64,000 nt of DNA from Tubulanus polymorphus (lineage: Eukaryota; Animalia; Nemertea), in NCBI RefSeq assembly GCF_964204645.1, contig NC_134030.1, positions 665,355 through 729,354 of the forward strand, in the 5' to 3' direction. The notes beneath the pieces were generated by a model. It saw only the letters and a program-made list of their open reading frames with translations. It ran no database searches and had not been told where the DNA came from. This document shows, piece by piece, positions 27,101-40,023 of the stretch (positions are counted from its first letter, which is position 1; each line of letters starts with the position of its first letter). The position numbers were made by a program, and so were the translations under genes.

Positions 27101-28231
27101 AACATTATGTTTTTTGCTAACACTATTCCGCGCAGGACTTCAGTTTCATTCTATCACAATACGTAAGATGGCGCAGTGGTCGCCCGATTGAAGCGACGAC
27201 CATATTGCCCTCATCTGGAACTGTGTCAAGGTGAAGTACTTCTATTTCTGAAAACGGTGACGTTTTTTGCTGCGTATTGATTTTCCGCGCTCACTAGGCT
27301 TACAGTGTATGCAGTATACATTAGACACGGGTGAACATGTGGCGGATAACGAGTCGGTATCGTTCACGATAAACCGCCGACGAATCGCTGCTGACTGAAT
27401 TCTTGTTTTCGTGTTGAAATATTTCCTATGATCGGAATTATTCTGTGGACAGTGAACGACGATAGATGAATTCGCGTGTTCCGAAAATCAAGAGCCTTTT
27501 CGGAAAATTCCTAAATCGACATCTGTACAATACATGATCAACAGTTTACGTGGAACTTATCAGACTTCGGATCCGTTTTTATATGTTTGGGGAATACTAG
27601 CCAATGCACTCTGAAAGATGGCTAACTTGAGGTAAATAATTGAAATAGGCCTACCTGTCGCTAACTTATCAAAAATTACATCATTTTTAGTTTGGATAAA
27701 GTCATAGTTAGAATGTACATGTATATGTACAGCGATGAGAAAAAAAACAAACAATAAAATTCGCAAAGTGTAACTTTACATAACCGCAATAAAAAAAGAC
27801 TCTAAAAAGTTGAAATATCGACGACAGGCATAAAAAACGTCGATTTTTTTCATTTTTCGGTTTTTATTGTGGAACTTTAAGATTTCATTCTTAATTCTCG
27901 ACATATTCCAAAGTTTTGTCATTAATACGATAAAAACACGTGTTAATTTGAGACGGAAAAGATGCTTTCTATGCGTTGTTTGTGTGATATAACTCATGCA
28001 CTGCGCAGATGTTACGAAGTTTGAGTTTACAGTCCAGTCCACTTCTTATACTTATTTCTGCAATATTCAACTCACGCCTCGCAATCAGAACAGTCGATCA
28101 CCCTTAAAGTGCACATATCAAATCAGACAAACACTTATTAAAAATGAGAAAGTTTTAAAGCGAGCGATCTCCTGATCATGATGACGTAAATAGCGTCTTA
28201 TTTGTGTGTTTTATTTTTTCTTGTTTTCAAG

Positions 28232-28982
28232 TTCAATCTTCGTGACGTTAGGAGTGATAATAATAAGTACAGGAATAGTAGTACTGATCGTATGTTGGAT
28301 CAGACACATTAGACTAAAACGTTGTAAGTATCTTCACACTTACGATCGTCGATAAAAGATAACTATTTCCAGTTCAGAAGTTTTAAACGTTTTAGATCTA
28401 GACCCTGGTTCCACCTAGTTCCACAGCATCTAGTTCCACAGTTCAGCACCTAGTTCCACAGCACCTTATAGTTCCACTGTTCTGCGCAGTTCCACTGGTC
28501 AACACCTAGTTCCACAGCACCTAGTTCCACAGTTCTGCACCTAGTTCCACAGTTCTGCACAGTTCCACTGTTCTGCACCTAGTTCCACAGCACCTAGTTC
28601 TACAGTTCATCACCTAGTTCCACAGTTTTAATTCAGTTATTGTATCAGAGTTAACAATGAGTTTATTAAAGATTCTTAGACTCTCAAGATGATCAAATAT
28701 TCATCCAGAACCGCAGATGTACCCCCCGCAAAATCCCGAACATTCAATTTTTCATTAATTTCTATTCCAGTTCAGACAATGGGTGGAGTAGGCGTCGGTC
28801 AGACGAATACTACAATGGTAACCGGATATCCTACATCTACATACCCTCCACCACAGCAGTTACAACAGTACGACCCCGGTTATAGCGCCCCCTATACACC
28901 ATACACACCCCAGCAACCGACTGCTCCAACAATAGAACCGACCGCCATGCCTCCTCCTAGCTACGACTCGGTTGTCAAATAA
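28232..28982 (+). CDS. Divergent Shisa-like/PY-tail membrane gene, last two exons (5' part unresolved, possibly pseudogenised)
   Basis: TM exon 28232-28323 (SIFVTLGVIIISTGIVVLIVCWIRHIRLKR; phases 2/1 as in the family) and terminal exon 28771-28982 (Pro/Tyr/Gln-rich, ending PPPSYDSVVK). Candidate upstream exons at about 27168-27631 contain stops or frameshifts. Confidence 0.6.
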
Positions 28983-30679
28983 ACTTTGTCTAATAACAAT
29001 TCAAGATAATATGGTTTCCGGATTCAATCAATTTTCAATTTACTAAGTGTGTAATACTGTTTAGGGTTAAAGTTGTCTTCAGCATCAAAAAGTCGTCATC
29101 GAAACGACTTGAATCTAGTGTCATGATGACTATGAGATTTAAACTTCTTAACATATTTATGCTGGACCTGATCTGGATTAAACGTGGTCTTCTGGATCCA
29201 GTTCCACAGTTGTGAGTTAGAGTTAACTCACAACTCTGGATCCAGTTCCACAGTTGTGAGTTAGAGTGAACTCTCAGTTGAAATTACCTCATTTCCAATG
29301 AGTTTAAACTCGGTGTCAAGTGAACTCGGAACCGTGTACCAGGTTTTATGTTGTTGATACTTAAATCTACCGCGGTAAATAATATGAGAATTTTAAAAAT
29401 GTATGCAATGTGGGTTCATATAGCTGATGAGGTTGGCTGTGTTTTAAATGACCTCGTCTTTGTTTATGATTCAACCGCAAATAATATATATTATGTATAT
29501 TCAATAAACTACTTTCTATGTCCGAAATATATTTCATAATGAAAATTAAAACGACTAACACTATTCATATCGATACATTCGTTAGTTTATTCATTCAGTA
29601 TGAACAAATGGCGTCGAAAAATTTCGCTGTTTGACTCCAGTTTGGTCAGAGTTATCCATAAGATAGTCCAGCGGTCTATTCACTATATAGCGGAGTGTGG
29701 CTATTCTACCGGATGACTCTAGAGACACCTGAAAATACGTTTAAAACAGGAACTATCATCCCTTGAGTTCACGATCAGTGGTCACCACACTGACCAGAAA
29801 CATATGTATTATCACTGAGGAATATGACACAGTTAGGCTATTGTCTAGAGGTTAGCATGCTCGACTCGTGTGCTGTAGGTCTGGAGTTCGAGTCATGCTA
29901 TAGGTTTAGAGTTATGGTGTCACCTGGTTTGGGTTACCTATATCTCGGCTATAGCTGTCGCACTATCTTGTGTAACCGCACTGCGTCCCAGTTTTTTTTT
30001 TTAATGTTTCGGGGCGTAAGGAGGGTACTGCTTCTCCCAAGCCACGAGGGATTGAAAATAAGCGACGTCATCAGTCTTCCGAGAACCAGCGACCACTCTT
30101 GGCATACATAAATACTAGTATCTATATCTTACAAAGTGATTTCAGTAAAGATAAAAATTCAGAAGTTACAAAAATGATTGTATTTGATAAAAAATACTCC
30201 CAGTATATAGAGAATAAAATTCAAGGACGTTTGTGAAATTAATGAAATGCAATGATGTCATAGAAAAAAAAAGAATAAACGTGTATTTAATTGTTCACAG
30301 AGAAATGGCCATCACACGTCGACTAGACAAACTTACAAACATTATCAGTTGCTCAGCGCCGAGTGGACTGGTGGTTTGAGCGTGAAACTGGCATGTTCGA
30401 GGTCCACAATTTGACTCCTAGGCTTTATGGTTATTTTCAATGCCGTTATTTATATAAAAATTCGTATTTCTTTATAGAATTTTATTAAAATAATTTCAAC
30501 AAAAATTAAGATAGAAATCATAGAACCATGCAGAATAGATATTCATTGACGTCATAAGATGATACATTTACATGAAAAATTAATTTCATACATGATTTTA
30601 TTAAGTTAAGTAGTATCACTTTTATATACAAAATCAATCAATATAAGTTAGGGTTATGTACATGCAAGTCGTCAACAGT

Positions 30680-32508
30680 TCAATGTTTAACAGCAGAATC
30701 GTAAGATGGTGGAGGGACGTTATAGTTCATTGGTGGAGGTGGTGCACCCGCTGGAGGATAGGGGGCGTTGTTTGGAGGACCTCCATAGTAGTTTGTCGGT
30801 GGAGGTGGTGCATTCGCTGGTGGATAGGGGGCGTTGTTCTGAGGGCCGCTGTAAGCATTATGTGCTGGAGCTCCCCCGTACACTAATGTTGACGAGGCTG
30901 GTCCACTCACTGAAATATATAACAAACAAACTTTTGAAAAGAAATTGGGCGGACATTTTTCATATGTTTTTGGGATAATCTAGTACCTTGATTCATCGCT
31001 TGGTGTCGCTTTTTACACCAAAATTTTAATCCGCCGATGAGACAGCCCATCAGTAGCGCGACCACAATCACTGGTACAAAGATTTTAACGAACCTATAAA
31101 TGAATATCAAAGAAAACACAATAATTCAGCGAAAGTTTTAACGTTTAGGTTCAAATTTAGAGTTAAATCATATGATATATTTCAGTAATGTTTCGGCTAA
31201 ACAAATAATAGCCATCTTCAGGGGCCGGTTCCATAGTGAGGGCTTATACTTAAGACCAGTCTAAAACCAACTTAGTTTTATAGCCAATCTAACAACTTAA
31301 GACCAGTCTTAAGATTTAAGACCACTTTTGGTCTTGAAGTCTTGACTATGGAACCGGCCCCAGGCGAAGTGAGGCTTACTTTGATTTACTGTATTTTTTT
31401 TTGTTTTTTACTATTGTTTTATTAACTATAGTTTTTTGGTCTTTGTAACTTTAACTTTTATTCTCATTTCAAGTTTGTAATCACTGGCTCAGTTCCTGAG
31501 TTCCTAAGTTGCGGACAAGTTTACTCGTTGCCAACACACAACTGAGAATATTCAGTTATTAATTATTTGATTTAGTTGAAATTACCAAATGAGGTCGAAA
31601 TATAGCTGTATAGCTGCAGTGGAAAGAAGGATTAAAAGGTGCTAAGATACTAAAACGATATAATGATATATTCTAAATGCTGACTGAGTCCTTTAATGAC
31701 TTTACTGCAGGTAGGATCAATGATTCGTGAAGTGCATCTAAAAGTTACAAATATCATCGTAAAAGTACATTTTCACTGAAGTCATTTATCCAAGATCTAT
31801 CTTCAACCATCTTTTGGGCATCTGGCCCCGGATAAACTGCGGGGCCCTTGACTGTCTTATGGGCATCTGGCCCGGATAAACTGCGGGCCCCTTGACTGTC
31901 TTATGGGCATCTGGCCCGGATAAACTGCGGGCCCGGATAAACTGCGGGGCCCTTGACTGTCTTTTGAACCTGTTAATTACTTAGTGTTTTCACATGAACT
32001 TTTAGTAGTTGTTGTTGATCGGTTCTCATTCTCAGGTATTCTATATCCCTCTCTTGTGCAGCAGTATTTAATGTAGCTCGTTATTCCTTTCCCTCCGCAA
32101 CAGAATTCTCCACCTGTACAATATTCAACATCGAACCAGTGTCCTCCGTAGTCACTGTCCATTTTACTACAAAACGCCGTACAAACCGAGCCTGTAAATA
32201 TAATAAAATATTATATACAATCCCGATGCTAGACGTCCCGGGTTCGAATTTATTCACTTAGAAACCCGCTAGTACATACACACATAACAAGATCTTGTGA
32301 ATATATCTCGTTTGAAAAATCCCCATCACCCACATCCCCTCATCCACCCTCACCCCTCACCCCTCACCCAATTCAGTGTCACACTCGGAATGTATTACCT
32401 ACCGTTGTATCCAGTAACAGAAGATATATCCACAATCAGTATCCATACAATTAAACTCACGATATTAACTTCAAAACCTGACAGTTTAACAGCAGTGAAA
32501 TGAGACAT
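30680..32508 (-). CDS. Shisa-like single-pass membrane protein, copy A (217 aa)
   Basis: Exons 32508-32403 (signal peptide MSHFTAVKL..VWILIVDISSVTG), 32191-31981 (Cys-rich CTAFC..YC..FCC..YCC..C), 31093-30987 (TM + KKRH), 30909-30680 (Pro/Tyr tail ending PPPSYDSAVKH). GT-AG introns with phases 1/2/1; 654 nt. Confidence 0.88.
31181..31221 (-). ncRNA. Degenerate minimal hammerhead motif (Penelope-type remnant) in intron 2 of copy A
   Basis: Minus strand reads CTGAAGA-T-GGCTA-loop-TAGCC-GAAAC-ATT; stem I is disrupted by the adjacent MITE. Confidence 0.5.
31222..31360. mobile_element. PIF/Harbinger-type MITE
   Basis: TIR GGGCCGGTTCCATAGT / ACTATGGAACCGGCCC with a 3-bp TSD (CAG). Confidence 0.75.
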
Positions 32509-33381
32509 TTCTGAATGTGATTTTATACACGGATAAATGTTTTCTCTTCCCGCGAGATGCGATATCGAAAAAGGAGACAGTAGTATCAGTAATTCAAATA
32601 CAGCGCCGCTGTCGGGCAGACGATCGACGCTATACGGCTGGTATGGCGATATATTACATCACCGCCTTTTATATATCAGTGTGCAAATATGGGTGTTAGT
32701 CACGTGTATATTTTACTCCGCGCGAGTTTTATGACAAAAAAGGTCGACGTTATTTTCATAAGCTTGAGATAAAGCGGGACAAAACGACAGACTGGGGTCG
32801 ATAACCGATAGAAGGTGAAGGTCGACATTTACTCATACCGGTACAACGTGTAATCACCCGATAAAACATAGAGTCATCGACGTCGTCGGTTTTAGTCAAA
32901 TTCTTATCTTGATTACTTTATTCTAAAAAACCTAGTATTTAGTTGACAAAAAGGGGATATTTGACCTATGTTATAACGAACAATAAGAGAGTACAAACTG
33001 ACGCACATTCATGGAGAGTTTGTTCTTGACACAAATTTATTCCCCAAATATTTCAAGTAAAGAAACATGAACCCGAACAGGCGCCGGTCGGTTTTACCTA
33101 TCTTGGATGATTGCTCGTAGGTTTTACTATAACGCGGAAATCGAAAACGAAAAAAAAAACAGTTGAATAATCAGATATAATCATGACTAATTGATATGAC
33201 GACGTTCATCTTTTGTAAATAACTTTATGACTGCGACCTGTCTTCAAAGTTTTTAAACGGGTCAATAACCGGGCGTCGTAATAGCGGGTCAATAACCGGC
33301 AGAGCACGTACGTGATATGTCATCGTCAGGTTGCTTATGACGTCATTTTTAAATTTTAGGGCGTACCGTTATTCACGAAAC

Positions 33382-34276
33382 TCACGGGACTGGTCGCCAC
33401 TCTGGACTGGTCGCCACTCACGGGACTTGTCGCCTCTCATGACTGTTCGCCACTAGCCGAGAATTAAATAGGCAATATTATCATATCTTATAGGATAAGG
33501 TGACGTGTTTTATGTGAAATGCAGAAAGGACGCACAACTTTGGCCCCCTAAATTTCGATGATTTTTAGGGCTTGACTAAAAACAATAACACCATATTATA
33601 ACTAAGTTCATACGTTCAATTTTGGCCGAATATGAAGTTTAAATGACATAAATATCAGTTTTTTAATTGAGCTATGGAACATTTACCGAATTTCAAATGT
33701 CATGTTAGAAAAAATGATTTTGTTTTAGTTTAGATACGGCGGTTAGTGAACCAGTGACGAATTCATCAGTCTCCAAACCTGATTGGTCACCAGTCACCAC
33801 ATCTGACTGGTCATCAGTCACCACATCTGACTGGTCATCGGTCACCGCACTGAACAGACAAATTACTAGGTCTATTGTCTAGTGATTAGCAGGTTTGACT
33901 GGCATGATCGAGTATCAAAAAAACTGTAGCGGCTACACTAATGCCAAAAGAGCCGGTGTTTGTAATTCAGAACTGTCTGATTGGACATTCAACAGATCTG
34001 TATCCACGGTAAATAGTTCAGTTACCACTAGTAACATGGTCGCCACTCGCGGGACTGGTCGCCACTCGCGGGACTGGTCGCCACTCGGGACTGGTCGCAC
34101 CTCGCGGGACTGGTCGCCACTCGGGACTGGTTGCCACTCACGGGACTGGTCACCACTCTGAACTGGTCGCCACTCACGGGACTGGTCGCCACTCACGGGA
34201 CTGGTCGCCACTCGCGGGACTGGTCGCCACTCACGGGACTGGTCGCCTCTCATGACTGTTCGCCACTAGCCGAGAA
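33382..34276. repeat. Segment bounded by two arrays of a 17-19-bp repeat that end in the same roughly 40-bp tail
   Basis: Unit CGGGACTGGTCGCCACTC(A/G) at 33382-33440 and 34037-34250; both arrays end TCTCATGACTGTTCGCCACTAGCCGAGAAT. Confidence 0.8.
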
Positions 34277-34713
34277 TCCGGTACCAGAGATGTGAGTTGA
34301 ATTTGACTCTATTTGAAGTTGAAAAGGTCATCGATATTATCAACTCAGATATCAACTCTGAATTGACGAGGGTCTAATTATATCTGTTGTACTGGATTCA
34401 GTGGGGTAGTGGTTAGCGCGTTGAGCTCCCGGGTTCGAGTCCAAGGTTGGAGGTTATTTTGAATAAGATCTAAGAATTTCTTACTTTTTAAGATATATAT
34501 TAGAAATAATTTCAACAAAACTACACCGCGTAGAATAACACAAATATGAAAACGGTTTGTAAAAAATGACACAAAAAAACAAACAGGTTTACACTGAACC
34601 ATGAGGAATAATAGATCGCATTCAACGACGTCAGAAGATAAATAGGATCTATATATTATATCTTCTATTAGAGCTACTTAGTTTTTATAAAGTGAGTTGT
34701 AGAAGTCTGATAG

Positions 34714-34822
34714 AAATACCCCCAGTAATACCCCCAGTAATACCCCCAGTAATACCCCCAGTAATACCCCCAGTAATACCCCCAGTAATACCCCCAGTAA
34801 TACCCCCAGTAATACCCCCGGT
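34714..34822. repeat. 12-bp tandem repeat
   Basis: (TAATACCCCCAG)n, about 9 copies. Confidence 0.95.
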
Positions 34823-35207
34823 ATAGCCTATATCAAATAAAATCCGTGGACGTTTGTGAAATCAATGATATGCGATGACGTCATATAAACAAAAAATAAA
34901 GGCGTATTTTACGGTTATTTTCCGATTGATTTCCACAAGGTGGCGCCACATTCCACCCATTTAAGAGTCCTTGATTGTTCCAAATAATTCTCCGAGCGAA
35001 TCAGAAAGATCTCTAGGTTTAAAGTGTTACAATTCATTCATTTTTCAGTGGATCACCTACTGATAAAGAAACTCGCGGTCAACAGCTTTTTTCCGAATTC
35101 CCAGAGTTTTCCAGATTTTTGGTGAAATTTGCCAAACTACCTGAGTTTTCCCCTGTTTTTATATATCAGTATATCCCGTGTACCACGTGCTACGACGACT
35201 GGAAGAA

Positions 35208-36621
35208 TCAATATTTAGAATCATAAGATGGAGGAGGGGCACCGTAGTAGTTAGCTGGTGGTGGTGCACCCGCTGGTGGATAGGGGGCGTTGTTTGGAGG
35301 ACCTCCATAGTAGTTTGTCGGTGGAGGTGGTGCACCCGCTGGTGGATAGGGGGCGTTGTTCTGGGGACCGCTGTAAGCATTATGCGCTGCAGCTCCCCCG
35401 TACACTACTGTTGACGAGGCTGGTCCATTCACTGAAAGTAAAAGAAATAAGAAATTGATGCAGAAACGAAAAACCAGTTTCAAAATTAGAGGGGGTGAAT
35501 TTTAGTACCTTGGTTCATCGCTTGGTGTCGCTTTACAATCCAAAACACAAATCCACCAATTAGACAGACAATCAGCAGACCGCCAACAACCGCCCCCACT
35601 ATTATAGGAGTATAACTACAAAGAAATTAATCATATTTAACATAACAATGACCATCTGCAAACTTTACTGATTCCAGGGGGCGTTTATCAGGTTAGTTAA
35701 TTTAACAACTTGTTTATGGATGTATTGGTATCGAGGTTTCTAGACTAAAACGGTGACCGCATTTTAGAGACTGATATTTAACAATAACCCCGAGATCCGT
35801 TAAGAAGAGACTCAAGGTAAAAATCACACAATACTCAGAAAAAAGCGTTAAAAATGTATCCTTGAGACGCGGCGTTAGTAGTTTATTTCATACCGGCTAT
35901 TGTTGTAGGGTTTTTTGCAGTCACTTTTTGCAATTGTCGATGGTTGGTTGTCGCTAGGTCCTAATTTTCTAAAATCAAAACTACAGCAGCTCTTTGAAAA
36001 GCCGATCGTTCTCGCTTTACAACAGAAATGTGAACCGCCACAATACTCAGTATCATACCAGTGCGCATGCTCAGTATCGGGATCACTGCAGTATGCTGTG
36101 CAAACAGAGGCTGTAAAATAAAACATGTCGTCAATTACTGGTGAATGTCCCGGGTTCGAATCAGGTAGTCTCACACTCAGCATCCCCTCACCCACCCCCA
36201 CAGCGTCCCCTCACCCACCCACACAGCATCCCCTCACCAACCAACACAGCGCCCTCTCACCCACCCACACAACATCCCCTCACCCACCCACACAACATCC
36301 CCTCACCCATCCACACAGCTCCTCACCCACAGGGAACTCTCCCACCCATAACTCACCCACCCACATATTACGGCCGCCTCTCTCACCCACACTGCACCCC
36401 CCCCCCCACCACCACCACCACCAATACAGCTTCGACTCACCAACCGTCAAAATACCCCTCCCTCCTCATCAACTCATATTCATTGTCACACTCGGAATGA
36501 TTTATTACCTACCGTTGTATCCAGTAACAGAAGATATATCCACAATCAGTATCCATACAATTAAACACACGATATTAACTGCTAATATTCGCCGTAGTTG
36601 AACCGCAATGAAATCATACAT
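35208..36621 (-). CDS. Shisa-like single-pass membrane protein, copy B (218 aa)
   Basis: Exons 36621-36513, 36110-35894, 35615-35509, 35431-35208; phases 1/2/1; 657 nt open frame; ends PPPSYDSKY. Confidence 0.88.
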
Positions 36622-37186
36622 TTTCCCTTGAAATTTAGACCAAAATGCATTTAAAATCCAGTAATGGACGGAAAAACATCAGCAGCGCAACAAGCTGGTG
36701 GTGTTTACAGATTGCTTCTATCGGGATATCAATATAATGAGAAGTGTATGTGCACTGTGTGCTGTACTCACTGTGTGAGGTAAAGGCGCAATGTGTTCGG
36801 TTCTAATGGCATTCTGTGCTATCAAAAATTCATAAAGACTATTCTTTATGAATGGTGATATCAATAGTGTGTTTGTTGTCACCGTTTTTTTTCCATTCAA
36901 CTCGTTCTAAAAAACCTCGAGTCCTAGAGTTGGGTTAATTTCGAAGCCGGTATTCTATATAAAGTGTTATTTTTAATAGACTTTTATTAAAATAATTTCA
37001 ACAAAAAATTCAAAATATAAAGATAGAAATTATAGAACCATGCAGAATAGATATTCATTGACGTCAGAAGATGATACATTTACATTTTGATAAATTAATT
37101 TCATACATGATTTTATTAAGTTAAGTAGTATCGCTTTTATATACAAAATCAATCAATGGGTTATATACATGCAAGTCGTCAACAGT

Positions 37187-38716
37187 TCAATGTTTAACAG
37201 CAGAATCGTAAGATGGTGGAGGGGCGTTATAGTTCATTGGTGGAGGTGGTGCATTCGCTGGTGGATAGGGGGCGTTGTTCTGGGGACCGCTGTAAGCATT
37301 ATGCGCTGGAGCTCCCCCGTACGCTACTGTTGACGAGGCTGGTCCATTCACTGAAATAAAACAAAACAAAAAAAACTATGAACAAACTTTTATCAAACGA
37401 GGCGACATTTATCCTATGTTTTTTTTTGGGGGATAATCTGGTACCTTGATTCATCGCTTGGTGTCGCTTTTTAAACCAAAATATAAATCCACCGATGAGA
37501 CAGACCATCAGCAGAGCGACCACAACTACTGGTACAATGATTATTACTAACCTATGAATAAATATCAATCATATGTTTAACATTTAAAGTATCGTCTGCA
37601 TTTGTGTATTTATGATTATCGTAAGCCGATGGAAGCACAGTACCACCCAGTACTAAATAATTTTGTATTTGTTGTCTACAAGTTGAAAGTTAAAGTTTAA
37701 TGGCAACCTCCCAGTGACGTCACTGCTACTAGTGAGACCTCGACTGTGTGTTGTGTATAGGAATAAATCGGGAATGATAAAGTCGCATTGTATCAAATTA
37801 CGTAAAACATCCAGTTGCAGAAAAGCTGGTTAAAGTTAACTGCTCAAATGCATTTTTAATTGTCACTATCCAAGATCTATCTTCAACCAACTTTTGGGCA
37901 TCTGGCCCGGATAAACTGCGGGGCCCAGATAAACTGCGGGCCCCTTGACTGTCTTATGGGCATCTGGCCCCGGATAAACTGCGGGGCCCGGATAAACTGC
38001 GGGCCCCTTGACTGTCTTTTGAACCTGTTAATTACCCTGCGTTTTCACATGAACTTTTAGTAGTTGTTGTTGGTCGGTTCTCATTCTCAGGTATTCTATA
38101 TCCCTCTCTTGTGCAGCAGTATTTAATGTAACTCGTTATTCCTTTCCCTCCGCAACAGAATTCTCCACCTGTACAATATTCAACATCGAACCAGTGTCCT
38201 CCGTAGTCACTGTCCATTTTACTACAAAACGCCGTACAAACCGAGCCTGTAAATATAATAGAATATTATACAATCCCGATGCTAGACGTCCCGGGTTCGA
38301 ATTTATATCCATGCTATCCATAAACTTCCCACTTGACTTGATCTTAGAAACTATAAGTTTCAAAAATCCACCCACGCAGTATCCCCTCACCCACCCACAC
38401 TGCAAAACCCTTACTCGCCCACATCATCCTTTCATCCACCAACAGAGCACCCACTCATCCACACTGCATACCCCTCTACCACATAAAGTACCCTCCCCGC
38501 CAAAGTTATAACCCTTCAACCACCCACACAGCACCCCTCACCAACCCACACACATACAGCATTATAGGTTTCTCAAAATCATAGTGCCACGCTCGGAATG
38601 ATGTAAAACCTACCGTTGTATCCAGTAACAGAAGATATATCCACAATCAGTATCCATAAACACAGGATATTAACTGCTAATATTCGTCCACTCCGTATAA
38701 CAATGAAATCATACAT
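37187..38716 (-). CDS. Shisa-like single-pass membrane protein, copy C (194 aa)
   Basis: Exons 38716-38614, 38246-38036, 37551-37445, 37350-37187; 585 nt. The ectodomain is almost identical to that of copy A. Confidence 0.88.
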
Positions 38717-39025
38717 CTTGCGGCAATATATAGACATAGAAGTTTGAGAGAGACTCAAAGAGGAGGATTGGGAACTACACGGTTGAGCTACTGTTATATA
38801 TACACGTATAGATTGTTTTTGTCGATATGAGAAGTGGCGAACACGTCACGTGTTATCATTTATTAATAAACGCTGTTTGCACAAGACTTCAGTCCCGTAA
38901 CCTCTTTTGCCGTGACACCATTCAAAAATCAATATTGAGTTGACACCATTTTTTGTCACCCCTATATGTGGGTGTTAATGAGGCCAATAGCTGCTGACCC
39001 CAATCTGTGGTTAAAGGTGAAGATG

Positions 39026-39242
39026 TCAAACTGTGACATGTCGCACCATCTCACCGGTCAAACTGCGACATACCGCACCATCTCACCGGTCAAATTGCGA
39101 CATGTCGCACCATCTCACCGGTCAAACTGTGACATACCGCACCATCTCACCGGTCAAACTGTGACATGCCGCACCATCTCACCGGTCAAACTGTGACATG
39201 CCGCACCATCTCACCGGTCAAACTGCAACATGCCGCACCATC
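39026..39242. repeat. 32-bp minisatellite, about 6.7 copies
   Basis: Unit TCAAACTGTGACATGCCGCACCATCTCACCGG; one degenerate unit recurs at the duplication junction 43738-43770. Confidence 0.92.
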
Positions 39243-40023
39243 ATTTAGAGATGATTTCCATTTTTTGACCAACTATAAAAAATTGAAATTTACTCCGTAA
39301 TGATAACTAGAATTGATGACAGGAAACCGATATAACGATTCTTCTTCTTAAATACCCCAACAAGAACAATCTATAATACAATATTTGTCAGTCTCAGGTG
39401 AAGGGTTCTACATTAAATTTCGGTGAGGGGGGAAGCCCCTCATTATGTAAGGCCCTGCGTGTCTGTACCAGTATACCCGTAGAGTACACGAAACCTCTGT
39501 CAGTCTCAAGAGAATGATTGTACATTACATTTCTATTGGATATAACTACATTGTATTATTGTAGTATAATACTCTTTATAGGGGCTCTTTTCTAAAAATG
39601 TCCTTGTTTTTAGTCCCAACCTGTGGTTATAGGTTATATATCAGTTGTTTCATGTCAATGAATATCAGAATCGCCAAACCGTTACATCTCACTGATCACA
39701 CTGTCACACGTCACGAATTGAATCTGCACTCAAATCAAGGAGCTTTGAGAATTAATAGCTTTATTAAGCTTTTTTATTCAAAGTTATTATTTCAACAAAA
39801 CTAAAATTCAGAAGTTAGTACAATAAATATTACATTTGATACAAATATATTGAGTATAAAATCCGATGAAGTTTATGAAATTAATGACATTCAAATGACG
39901 TCATCAAATCAGTAAAATATTTATACATCTATTTTACGGCCTGAACTGATACAATGTATTTTTAATACAATATACTATATAACGTATTTACAATGTAATT
40001 ATCCCGCATTATCCATATATGTA

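Noticed and set aside
27298-27620. Several in-frame TGA codons suggesting a selenoprotein
   Set aside because: The TGAs do not align with Cys positions of the family, no SECIS was recognised, and frameshifts nearby point to decay.
30656-30978. Plus-strand Trp/Arg/Val-rich ORFs here and at 35178, 40687, 44872 and 59702
   Set aside because: Antisense shadows of the Pro/Tyr-rich terminal exons.
33933-34253. RGD-containing repetitive ORF
   Set aside because: Translation of a 17-19-bp tandem repeat, with no splice or coding signal.
34395-34445. tRNA-like A/B-box sequences (also near 24650, 26432, 29835 and 62060)
   Set aside because: No complete cloverleaf; most likely decayed SINE heads.
36125-36601. 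His/Pro/Thr-rich ORFs
   Set aside because: Translation of the C-rich intron-1 tract, antisense to copy B.
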